Shown here piece by piece: positions 18,395-26,957 of a stretch of 64,000 nt of DNA. Origin of the DNA: Patescibacteria group bacterium (lineage in GTDB: Bacteria; Patescibacteriota; Patescibacteriia; JAXHNJ01); contig JBAZMP010000003.1 of NCBI GenBank assembly GCA_041649715.1, positions 167,690 to 231,689 of the forward strand, written 5' to 3'. Positions within the stretch are counted from its first letter, which is position 1. Every line of letters starts with the position of its first letter. The notes below the pieces were generated by a model that was not told the DNA's origin, ran no database searches, and worked only from the letters and a program-made list of their open reading frames with translations. Position numbers and translations under genes: made by a program.

Positions 18395-18679
18395 TTATTT
18401 TTTAATAACGGCGGCCTCTTTTTGATTAATCCGCCTTATTATTAAAGCAAATATTATAAATAGAGATAAAGATAAAATTATACCTACTATTCCAATAATA
18501 AATGGTCCTTGAACTAAGGCCAAAAAAGCAACCAGTGGCCATACAGCCGCAACAAAAAAATAACCCATTATATCGTTCCCTAACCCGCTGTTAGAAGCAA
18601 ATAAATTCGCCCAACCTATCCCGATAATAAAATAAAGTATAAGAGCGGAGATGATTGTGTGTTTTTTCAAAATATTCAT
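18395..18679 (-). CDS. small membrane protein (94 aa), paralog of 18687..18980
   Basis: MNILKKHTIISALILYFIIG... RRINQKEA; 3 TM helices; ~30% GC. Confidence 0.5.
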   Translation of the reverse strand: MNILKKHTIISALILYFIIGIGWANLFASNSGLGNDIMGYFFVAAVWPLVAFLALVQGPFIIGIVGIILSLSLFIIFALIIRRINQKEAAVIKK

Positions 18680-18686
18680 ATAATGT

Positions 18687-18980
18687 CTAATTTTTTTTGA
18701 TGTTTGCTTCTTTCTGATTAACTCTTCTAATCCACAAACCGAAAATAATAAACACAGATAAAGAAATTAGCAATTCGAATATTTTAAGGAAAATATTTCC
18801 GCTAAAAAATATTTGATACGGCCATATAAAAACAAAAAATGGTAATATCCATATTAGTTCATGCCAATTTATCTTTAAGTCAGTCAAATTTGGTAGTTCA
18901 AAAATAATTCCCCAAAAAAAGCCAATAATAAAATATATTAAAAGGGCAGTAATAGCCGTATGTTTTCTAAAAAAATTCAT
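18687..18980 (-). CDS. small membrane protein (97 aa), paralog of 18395..18679
   Basis: MNFFRKHTAITALLIYFIIG... RRVNQKEA; tandem duplication; ~30% GC. Confidence 0.5.
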   Translation of the reverse strand: MNFFRKHTAITALLIYFIIGFFWGIIFELPNLTDLKINWHELIWILPFFVFIWPYQIFFSGNIFLKIFELLISLSVFIIFGLWIRRVNQKEANIKKN

Positions 18981-18983
18981 AAC

Positions 18984-19045
18984 TTAATATCTTAATCTCT
19001 TAATCGCTTGATATCTCGATATCTTAATATCTTAATATCTCAACA
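18984..19045. repeat. intergenic repeat family copy R2
   Basis: CTTAATATCTTAATCTCTTAATCGCTTGATATCTCGATATCTTAATATCTTAATATCTC; shares core with R1 and R3; lies between Clp stop and start of 97-aa gene. Confidence 0.6.
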
Positions 19046-19047
19046 GT

Positions 19048-21825
19048 CTACAGCTCCCTTGCCTTTTCCACACTTATCTGTCCTCCCGGTTCCAAGACCG
19101 CCACGTCGCGACGGGTCAGCTTGCCCTGCAGCATATAACTCGCCAAAGCGTTGTCCACCGTTTCCTGGATCAACCGGCGCAAAGGCCGGGCCCCGTAGAT
19201 CGGGTCGTAGCCTGTTTTGGATAATTCCGCGATCGCTTCCGGCGAAGCGCGCAAGGTGATCCCTTTTGCCTGCAGTCTCTGGCCGACCTTCTTCAGCAAC
19301 AAATTCACCACTTGTTTAATATGCTCTAGGCTCAATGGACGGAACAAAATAATGTTGTCAAAACGGTTGATGAATTCCGGCCGGAAGAATTTGAACAATA
19401 TTTCCTCCAAAAGCTCCCGCTTTATCACTTCCAGGGTCGCCCCCTCGTTCAATCTGGCTTGAATGTGCGGCGTGGCCGCGTTGGAGGTGGCGATCAAAAT
19501 GACGTTTGAAAAATCGATCGTCCGACCCAAGGAATCGGTCAGCCGGCCGTCATCCATCACCTGCAAGAAAACATTTAAAACATCGGGATGGGCTTTTTCC
19601 AACTCATCTAGTAAAACCAAAGAAAAGGGGTTATTCCTCACGCTTTCCGTCAAATATCCGCCGACGCCCGCCCCGGCATAACCGGGCGGCGCCCCGATCA
19701 AACGGTTCAAGGAGGACTGGTCTTGATATTCCGACATGTCCAGGCGGATCATGTTTTCCTCCGAACCAAAATAGACATCGGCCACGGTTTTCGCCAGTTC
19801 CGTCTTTCCGACGCCGGTCGGCCCCACAAAAAGCAGATTGGCGATCGGCCGGTCGATATCGCGAAGTTCCATCCGCGCCCGGCGTAGCGCCCCGGCCACC
19901 GCGGTCACGGCCTCTTCCTGGTTGATAATCCTTTCATGGATCCGGTCTTCAAGTTTTAATAATTTTTCGCTTTCTTTTTCCGTGATCTTGGTCACTTTGA
20001 CCTTGGCTCTTTGCGAAATGATCAGAGCCACGTCCTCACCGGTCACCGCCGCGTCACGCCCTTTGGCTTTACGAACATAAACCGCCACTTCCTGCAATAA
20101 AGAAATGGCTTTTTCCGGGAGATAACGGTCATGGATATAACGCTGCGACAAAGTGACCGCTTTTTCTAAGGCCTCGTAGGAAAAATAGACCCGGTTCTTG
20201 TATTCAATCCCGCCGGCTTTGGCCTCCAAAATCCTGATCGCCTCGTTCGTCTCGGGCTCCAAAATAGTCACCTTCTGAAAAACGCCGGTCAAGCCGCCGC
20301 TTTGCTCGATGTAGCGGCTGTAATCAATAGGGTTAGTGGTCGCCATCGCCATAAAATAGCCTTTTTGCAGGGCTTCCGACAAAATCGCCGACAAATCCAG
20401 AGTCTTGCCGCCTCCCGAGGAAACACCAACCATGTTCTGGATATTGTCAATCGAAAGAACAATATTGCCCGACCGGATTATTTCATCGATAATCGCCGAG
20501 AGTCTTTCTTCTAACTCACCGATGGCTCCGGCTCCGGCCACCAGGGCCGGCACTGACAGACTGACCAGGCGCTTATCCCGCAAGACCTCCGGCACATCCT
20601 CCGCCGCCATCAGGGAAGCGATCCCTTCGACAATATTGGTCTTCCCCGTTCCCGGGAAACCGACCAAGATCGGATTGGCCTTGCCGGATTCCATCACCCG
20701 GAAGATTTCCGCGATCTCATTTTCTCTGCCTACGCAAAGCTCCAAAACCCCTTCTCTGGCCAAGCGCGTCAGATCGCGGGAAAACTGGTCTAACACCGGC
20801 GTGGCAATAGCCGTCATTGCCCTGTTTATCCCGCTTTTCGGTTTGCGCGAGGCCCTGGTCCTTAATTTTGACCACTGGCGGCCGAGTTTTTCCTGAATAT
20901 TCAGCCACTCCACCACGTTTCTTAACCGGTCAAAATCTATCCCTAAGTCAAAAAGAATTTCCTGGGCGGCCGTCCCGGTTCTGGCGATAGCGATGATCAG
21001 ATCCGGTACGCCGAGGCTGGCCCGGCGCCCCTTGTAAGCCTCTTCGTAAGCGTAATAAACCAGTTTGCTAAAATTTTCGGATAAGATCGGTTCGCTTGCC
21101 CCCTGACTAGGGATCAGCTGTAAATGCTTATTTATCTGGCCGATCAGCTTATCCGGCATGGCGGCCAACCGGGCCATAATGATTTTCATTTCCCTGGCAG
21201 AAATCAACGCCGCCAAAACATGAAGTGGCTCTAAAGTATTGTGATGGAAACGATTAGCCAATTCCCAAGCTTTCTCCACCGTGCTTTGCGCACCGGCGGT
21301 CAAATACCGGGAAACTTCCTCAGTGATCTTTTTATTCTGCAGTATCTCGGAAAACGATTCCAAGATTTCAGGGGCAGGCACTTTCTCACGGAAATCCCTG
21401 GCAATGTGGGGAAAAGCATTTCTTTCTTTTTCCAACCGGTAATAGATGTACAAATCAACCAGCAGGGAAAACCAAAAGATCAACAAAGAGGTATTACGCA
21501 AAAGCAGAAAATCATAATTCGGATAACCCTGGCTGAAATGCTGGTAGAATTGCCAGAAACCCAGCAAAAGTCCGATTATGCCGACAAGAATCGAAAAGCC
21601 GTTAATGGCCGCCCGCATGGTTTTTTCGGATTTTTCCTCCAAGATCCTGACCAGGGAAATCTTTTTTCGCCAGACCAGATAACGGCCCTGAAAATATCCC
21701 GCCAGGCCTAAGGACCGGCAAGTCGGGCAAGGCCGGTACTTCCCCTCTTCCATGACAAAACTTTGGCCTTGGCACTGCGGACAGGCGATAAAACGCAAGT
21801 CGGGTATTTTCTTTTCTTCGGGCAT
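19048..21825 (-). CDS. membrane-anchored Clp/Hsp100-family AAA+ ATPase (zinc ribbon + 2 TM + Clp_N + two AAA+ modules, no M-domain, no IGF/L loop)
   Basis: N-terminus CPQCQ...CPTCR then two hydrophobic helices; Clp N-domain repeats; AAA1 Walker A GFPGTGKT; AAA2 Walker A FVGPTGVGKTE, sensor SNAAT; Walker-A spacing ~275 aa (ClpA-like). Confidence 0.85.
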   Translation of the reverse strand: MPEEKKIPDLRFIACPQCQGQSFVMEEGKYRPCPTCRSLGLAGYFQGRYLVWRKKISLVRILEEKSEKTMRAAINGFSILVGIIGLLLGFWQFYQHFSQGYPNYDFLLLRNTSLLIFWFSLLVDLYIYYRLEKERNAFPHIARDFREKVPAPEILESFSEILQNKKITEEVSRYLTAGAQSTVEKAWELANRFHHNTLEPLHVLAALISAREMKIIMARLAAMPDKLIGQINKHLQLIPSQGASEPILSENFSKLVYYAYEEAYKGRRASLGVPDLIIAIARTGTAAQEILFDLGIDFDRLRNVVEWLNIQEKLGRQWSKLRTRASRKPKSGINRAMTAIATPVLDQFSRDLTRLAREGVLELCVGRENEIAEIFRVMESGKANPILVGFPGTGKTNIVEGIASLMAAEDVPEVLRDKRLVSLSVPALVAGAGAIGELEERLSAIIDEIIRSGNIVLSIDNIQNMVGVSSGGGKTLDLSAILSEALQKGYFMAMATTNPIDYSRYIEQSGGLTGVFQKVTILEPETNEAIRILEAKAGGIEYKNRVYFSYEALEKAVTLSQRYIHDRYLPEKAISLLQEVAVYVRKAKGRDAAVTGEDVALIISQRAKVKVTKITEKESEKLLKLEDRIHERIINQEEAVTAVAGALRRARMELRDIDRPIANLLFVGPTGVGKTELAKTVADVYFGSEENMIRLDMSEYQDQSSLNRLIGAPPGYAGAGVGGYLTESVRNNPFSLVLLDELEKAHPDVLNVFLQVMDDGRLTDSLGRTIDFSNVILIATSNAATPHIQARLNEGATLEVIKRELLEEILFKFFRPEFINRFDNIILFRPLSLEHIKQVVNLLLKKVGQRLQAKGITLRASPEAIAELSKTGYDPIYGARPLRRLIQETVDNALASYMLQGKLTRRDVAVLEPGGQISVEKAREL

Positions 21826-21832
21826 AAAATAT

Positions 21833-22216
21833 TTAAAAAAGGCCGCGCTGGCCGCTTAAATTTAAAATAATCATATAGACGATGAAAACCGGCAAAACCA
21901 ACCAGAGCAAGAGCAAAACAAGAAGAATGGCCAGCCAAATGACCATCAATACCAGTTTATAGAAAAAGACGATGATTCTCAGAAAAAAACTGATGATCCG
22001 TCCGGAACGGCTGTAATCGCCGTACATCGGTTTCAGCAAGTTCATGAATAATATCTTCAGCGAAAGCCGATTCGACCAGCTTAAGACTTCGTTGACAAAA
22101 AATAAGCCGGCTTTTTTCAAGCCCGCCGTATACCACCAGACGGGAAAATAAACGACATCAAAAACAAGTTCTTTCAGAATATATTTGGTGGTCTTCGCCG
22201 CTAAATTTTCCGCCAT
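21833..22216 (-). CDS. hypothetical membrane protein (127 aa)
   Basis: Multiple TM helices; 8 nt upstream of Clp start. Confidence 0.45.
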   Translation of the reverse strand: MAENLAAKTTKYILKELVFDVVYFPVWWYTAGLKKAGLFFVNEVLSWSNRLSLKILFMNLLKPMYGDYSRSGRIISFFLRIIVFFYKLVLMVIWLAILLVLLLLWLVLPVFIVYMIILNLSGQRGLF

Positions 22217-22340
22217 AAATGGAAAATTAATATTTTCACCTATATTATATCATAAAAATCGATTTTCCGCAAGGTAAAAATATATTAGGTAAAGCCGCTC
22301 GTTATTTTTTCTAGCGAGCGGCTAAAGTACATTTTTTGGA

Positions 22341-22697
22341 TTAAGCGTCCTGCTTTTCACGGAAAGCCTGCCTTTCTTTTCCGTTTCTTAATTTAACGAG
22401 ATCATCAAGCGCCCGAGAAATATCAATGTCTTTTTCGCAGGCGTAAATATGGCCATTGTTGCCGAGTCCGACCGCGATTTCGAACACTAATATTTTTCGG
22501 TCGGCCTCGTGCGTCACCCCGACCAGTATCCCGAATTCATGCCCCCTTTCTTTCTGGCACTGGCCGAGATTTTCTTTCTGATTGAAGTAGACCCTGACCT
22601 TAAAATCAATCAGATCATGGATGTCTCTGACGCGGCAGGAAATAATCCCGTCGCGACTCCCTTCTATCTTTTCCCGCTGTCCATAACTGATTATCAC
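22341..22697 (-). CDS. ribosome hibernation promoting factor (HPF/RaiA)-like protein
   Basis: beta-alpha-beta-beta-beta-alpha pattern; C-terminal LVFEIAVGLGNNGHIYACEKDIDISRALDDLVKLRNGKERQ resembles HPF; start moved to GTG with AAGGGGG SD 8 nt upstream; TTGACA-N18-TCTAAT promoter upstream. Confidence 0.4.
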   Translation of the reverse strand: MIISYGQREKIEGSRDGIISCRVRDIHDLIDFKVRVYFNQKENLGQCQKERGHEFGILVGVTHEADRKILVFEIAVGLGNNGHIYACEKDIDISRALDDLVKLRNGKERQAFREKQDA

Positions 22698-22846
22698 CGG
22701 ACTCACCCCCTTTCAAGAGAGGAAAGAGCTAAAGATCTGACGACTTAATCCGCTAATGTATTAGATAAACTATTTCGATATTTTGTCAAGTAGATAAAGA
22801 ATAAAAAAAATGAGGGTGGTCTTAACACCCCCAAAAGTGCATCTTT

Positions 22847-23029
22847 TCACTCTTCCGCGGGCAGACAACATTCATCCGCTTCTTTTCTCGTCCAGTGTCT
22901 CATGCCGCAAACATGGCAGATAAATTCACCGTTTAGCCGGCCGTCGTGTTCAGCAACTTTCAGCGCCTGCTCAAACTTCTTATATTCCTTGGTGTCCTTT
23001 TTCAGAATCTTGTCTTCTTCCTTCTCCAT
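22847..23029 (-). CDS. small zinc-finger-like hypothetical protein (60 aa)
   Basis: AGGAG SD; CHVC...CC motif; terminator hairpin plus T8 downstream. Confidence 0.4.
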   Translation of the reverse strand: MEKEEDKILKKDTKEYKKFEQALKVAEHDGRLNGEFICHVCGMRHWTRKEADECCLPAEE

Positions 23030-23125
23030 GTTAAATCACTCCTTGCTTACAAAAAAATTGGGATAGCATACCCATCATACTCTTAGGCAATATTTTGTCA
23101 ATACCTAATATAATTATAAAAATGG

Positions 23126-24208
23126 CTAAATCTTTTTTAGTCTCAGCCGCTCCATTAATCGATTGTAAAACCTGATATTGTGGATGGTGGCTAATGTAAG
23201 GGCTAAAGGTTCTTGGGTCAGGAATAAATGCCTTAGGTAAGCGCGGCTGTAATCCCGGCAGGTACGGCAGTCGCAATAAGGATCGATCGGTTTTAGGTCA
23301 AAGGTGTATCGGGCCTGTTTGATCTTTATTTCCTGGTAGAAATCTTTGCCGGATAAACTTGGATTTTTTGACCGCCAGACGTATAAAACTCCGTGGCGGG
23401 CGTTGCGCGTCGGTAAAACGCAATCAAACATATCTAGGCCTAAATTGACCGCCTTTACGATTTGGTCCGGATAGCCCACACCCATCAGGTACCGCAGCTT
23501 TGAGGCGGGCAAATAACCCTGGAGCCATTCTAAAACCGAATACATTTTTCTTTCCGGCTCCCCGACAGCGAGCCCTCCGACGGCGAAACCGTCAAAGGGC
23601 AAACTAGTTATTTCTTTGGCGTGTCTTATTCTTAAATCCTTGTATATTGAGCCCTGAATAATGCCGAATAATAACTGGCCGGGCTTTTTGTGCTTTTTAA
23701 AATACTCGAAACCCCGCTTGGCCCAAGCCGTGGTCAAATTCATGGACTTTTCGGCGTAATCTTTTGAACAAGGGTGGGGCGAGCACTCATCAAAAGACAT
23801 GATTATATCCGCCCCCAAATCTATCTGGATCTGGATGGCTTTTTCCGGAGATATAAAATGGGATCGGCCGGAAAGATTATCCTTAAAAAACACCCCCTGG
23901 CTGGTAATTTTCCGGAATTTGGCCAGGGAAAAAACCTGATAGCCCCCCGAATCGGTCAAGATCGGCCGGTGCCAATTCATAAAACGGTGCAAACCGCCCG
24001 CTTTTTTAATGACCGGCACTCCCGGCCGCAGATACAGATGATAAGTATTGCTCAAGATAATTTGTGTTTCTAATTTTAAAAGATCGTCCGTGGTCACTGA
24101 CTTTACGGCCGCTTTTGTGGCGATCGGCATAAAAAAGGGGGTTTTTATCAACCCGTGCCTGGTTTTTAAAATTCTGGTGCGGGCCGAAATTTTCCCCGGT
24201 TTTTTCAT
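23126..24208 (-). CDS. tgt: queuine tRNA-ribosyltransferase
   Basis: FMPIATKAAVK, catalytic Asp (LDGFAVGGLAVGE), zinc site CDCRTCRDYSRAYLRHLF; start set at MKKPGK to avoid overlap with upstream gene. Confidence 0.85.
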   Translation of the reverse strand: MKKPGKISARTRILKTRHGLIKTPFFMPIATKAAVKSVTTDDLLKLETQIILSNTYHLYLRPGVPVIKKAGGLHRFMNWHRPILTDSGGYQVFSLAKFRKITSQGVFFKDNLSGRSHFISPEKAIQIQIDLGADIIMSFDECSPHPCSKDYAEKSMNLTTAWAKRGFEYFKKHKKPGQLLFGIIQGSIYKDLRIRHAKEITSLPFDGFAVGGLAVGEPERKMYSVLEWLQGYLPASKLRYLMGVGYPDQIVKAVNLGLDMFDCVLPTRNARHGVLYVWRSKNPSLSGKDFYQEIKIKQARYTFDLKPIDPYCDCRTCRDYSRAYLRHLFLTQEPLALTLATIHNIRFYNRLMERLRLKKI

Positions 24209-24224
24209 GATTTTATCCTTATCA

Positions 24225-26162
24225 TTACTGACTTTGGGTAACGATCCCCTTTCCCTGGGCATTAATGTCATTCTTCAAATCGGTCGTCAGAGAATCACAA
24301 TTGGCTTTGATCGTTTGTTCGGTAAAACTGTCCGTGGCTTGAAGGTTGGTCTGATCGGTCAAAATTTTCACAAAGCCTCCGTCCGCCGCCACGGGTGTCG
24401 TGCTTACCTCAAAAGAAGCGGAAAGCTGCGGGTAAATCTGGCCGGTACCGACGGGTATTTTATTGACCGTCCAGGTTACTTGACGCGTGGCCGGGGCAAA
24501 AGACAGATCGCCGGCCGATAAAACCTTATTCTGGCCCGTCCAGTAGATATCCGCCGGTAAAGTGGAAACAACTGTCACGTTTAAAAGCTCGTTTGACGTA
24601 TTGGTAAGGTACCAATAGACCCGATAAGTCGTCGTCTGGCCGACCACCGGCGGCAAAGGGCCGGTCCCCAAGGCTTCGTTTTCTTCCGAATAGTAGCGCG
24701 TCTCGCAGTTTAATTCCGCCACCGTATTGACTTTAAGCGTCACCGCGTTGCTTTCGGCCGCCAAACTGCCGCCGCCCAAACCTTCAATGGCAGAAGATTG
24801 ACCTTTAAACTGGCTGATGAACTGGAAATTCTTGTCTTCAGAACCGTTTAGGGCCAATTTTTCCTTAAGATTTATTTTGAAAGTAATTTCCCCGTGGCTG
24901 GCCGGCTTTAAAGAAGAAAGAAGGTCGATCTGGTCTTTTGTCCAGGTGATTGACTGGCCGCTGACCTTCCCCTTAAGATCATCGGCGAAGGTGGAAAAAT
25001 CCAGGAGCTTATCATCCAATTCCAAAGTAAGGGTCACGTCTTTTAATTCTAGGTCGGAATTATTCTGGTAAAGCAAATAATAGGTCAGGGTTTCTCCGGG
25101 ATCAACGGCCGCATTTTCATCGGAACCGTTGATTTTAAGTTCCAGCGTCAGTTCAGGAGAGATCAACAGAACCAGCAGTGATTTTTCCACCTGCGGGTTA
25201 AATTCGCCCTCCGGCCCGATCAGGCCCACCGTAAATTTGATTTCCTTCATGTCACCGGCGGCTCCGACAAATACCCCCTTAAGCTCAATTTCACCCGTGT
25301 TGCCCGCCTCCAGGCGGTCAATCTGCCAGGTGTTCTTGCCTTCGGAAAAATTCGGATTGGCGGAAGCAGGCGTAAAACCGTCCGGATAAACCGCGACCAA
25401 TCTAATTCTTTCCAAGGCCTCGGAAGAATCATTTTTATATTTTATTTTATAGGTCGTTTCTTTTTCCGGGATGACTCTGCTGCCGCCCTCGATTTCCAAA
25501 CCGATATTAGACGAGGAAATGGCGGTCGAAAAAGACGTTTCCGTGTTAAAGGTGGAATTAAAATTAGAGGGTTTATAGCTCAATTTGGCGCTGAAACTTT
25601 TTTGACTTCCCACTTCGCCCATGAGCAAGCCGGTGATTTTCACTTCGCCTCCTTTTCCCGCGCCCAGATCCCGCAGCCTCCAGTATTGATTGTAAGTATT
25701 ATCGGCTTCCGGATCAGCGCTTTTAAAGGTAAATCCTTCCGGATAAGTCACGGATAATTCCAGATTGCCCAAAAAAGCCTGGCCTTGATTCAGGTATTGG
25801 ACAGTCAGGGTTATTTCCTCGCCGGAAGCGACCCGGCTGACCCCCGTAACATTCAAGGCCACGTCCCCTTCTTTAAACTTCTTGTCGCGGAAAAAAACAA
25901 AAAAGCCGGCCAGAGACACGGCAAAAAGCAGAAGCAATAAACCGATTATTTTTAGATAAAATGATTTTTTGCCTTTCTTCACTTTTTCCAGTTTCGTCAA
26001 ATTCAAAGGCTTGCCATCTTTATCCTGATACATCTTAGCGATGGCTGGTTTATAATCCGCCAGAGATTTCACCTGGTTGTCCCTTTTTTCTTCTTCCTTC
26101 TTTTCTTCCACCTTAAAAACGGGGATTTGACGGGTAAAATCTTTTACTTTTTTCTTTGGCAT
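24225..26162 (-). CDS. single-pass membrane/surface protein with tandem beta-sandwich (DUF11/CARDB-like) repeats
   Basis: N-terminal Lys-rich cytoplasmic tail, one TM helix, then ~5 repeats of ~110 aa rich in T/S/N/G. Confidence 0.55.
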   Translation of the reverse strand: MPKKKVKDFTRQIPVFKVEEKKEEEKRDNQVKSLADYKPAIAKMYQDKDGKPLNLTKLEKVKKGKKSFYLKIIGLLLLLFAVSLAGFFVFFRDKKFKEGDVALNVTGVSRVASGEEITLTVQYLNQGQAFLGNLELSVTYPEGFTFKSADPEADNTYNQYWRLRDLGAGKGGEVKITGLLMGEVGSQKSFSAKLSYKPSNFNSTFNTETSFSTAISSSNIGLEIEGGSRVIPEKETTYKIKYKNDSSEALERIRLVAVYPDGFTPASANPNFSEGKNTWQIDRLEAGNTGEIELKGVFVGAAGDMKEIKFTVGLIGPEGEFNPQVEKSLLVLLISPELTLELKINGSDENAAVDPGETLTYYLLYQNNSDLELKDVTLTLELDDKLLDFSTFADDLKGKVSGQSITWTKDQIDLLSSLKPASHGEITFKINLKEKLALNGSEDKNFQFISQFKGQSSAIEGLGGGSLAAESNAVTLKVNTVAELNCETRYYSEENEALGTGPLPPVVGQTTTYRVYWYLTNTSNELLNVTVVSTLPADIYWTGQNKVLSAGDLSFAPATRQVTWTVNKIPVGTGQIYPQLSASFEVSTTPVAADGGFVKILTDQTNLQATDSFTEQTIKANCDSLTTDLKNDINAQGKGIVTQSQ

Positions 26163-26195
26163 ATGACGCCGTTATTATAGCAGAGAAAATCATTT

Positions 26196-26954
26196 TTAGC
26201 CATCCGGCATTTGTTTCAGATAACTAAGGCTTTTAAAATCATGCTCAAAAATATATTTTAGATAGGGGAAAATTACTTTTTTTAATTCTTCAATTTCTTT
26301 CTTTTCTAGCTTTAAAGCCGCGGCTTTTTTCAGATCCTGCTCTAAAAAGAAACGCAGGATCTTGATCGCCTCCGTCGAAACCGGATGAGACTCCTTGTCC
26401 ACCTTAAGACACTGCGGGCACAAGAGACCGGCCTTGGCTAGACTGAAATTATTCCTAACCGGTTTTATCTTGCTCTGGCACTCCTGGCAGGAATAAAGCT
26501 GGGGGATAAACCCCAAGGTTTTTATCAACTTAAAAATGGCGGCAATTATAAGCTGGATTTTTTTTGAAGTCTCTCTGGCTTTTTCCAAAATTTCCAAAGT
26601 TTCTTTTAGCAGCTCGAAGATCTCGCCCTCCCGGCTTTGAGGCTTAATATGCTGTCCGGTAATCTCCACGATCACGGCCAGCCAGGCGATCACGGTCAAA
26701 TCATTCCGAATATTATGATAGTATTTCAAGACCTTAACCGCGGTAATGTAATCAAAACTCCGCCCCCCCGCGACCATCAATTCCGCCAGGGCGTATGGCT
26801 CCAAGGCACCGGCCAACTTGCTTTCCTTCTTTCTTGCTCCCCTGGCCAACAGTTCCAACTTGCCTTCATTTTTCCCGTAGACAAGAAAAATCCGGTCATT
26901 TACCCGGAAATTTTTTCTGTTTAAAATAATGGCTTCTGTTCGGAAAAGCGGCAT
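26196..26954 (-). CDS. recO: DNA repair protein RecO
   Basis: N-terminal OB-fold (EAIILNRKNFRVNDRIFLVYG), C-terminal zinc finger CQECQ...CPQC. Confidence 0.75.
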   Translation of the reverse strand: MPLFRTEAIILNRKNFRVNDRIFLVYGKNEGKLELLARGARKKESKLAGALEPYALAELMVAGGRSFDYITAVKVLKYYHNIRNDLTVIAWLAVIVEITGQHIKPQSREGEIFELLKETLEILEKARETSKKIQLIIAAIFKLIKTLGFIPQLYSCQECQSKIKPVRNNFSLAKAGLLCPQCLKVDKESHPVSTEAIKILRFFLEQDLKKAAALKLEKKEIEELKKVIFPYLKYIFEHDFKSLSYLKQMPDG

Positions 26955-26957
26955 AAA

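Noticed and set aside
8405-19045. CRISPR array explanation for the GATATC-type repeats
   Set aside because: Copies are single, at three distant loci. Internal sub-repeats are 8-9 bp units without unique spacers of regular length. No cas genes are present.
19048-21825. Calling the Hsp100 protein ClpB or ClpC
   Set aside because: Walker-A spacing indicates no M-domain. The membrane anchor and absence of an IGF loop fit neither ClpB/ClpC nor a ClpP-partner ClpA. Left as a Clp/Hsp100-family ATPase.
23031-23276. 81-aa ORF overlapping the 3' end of tgt
   Set aside because: Fully embedded in the tgt reading frame region, in another frame. No independent support.
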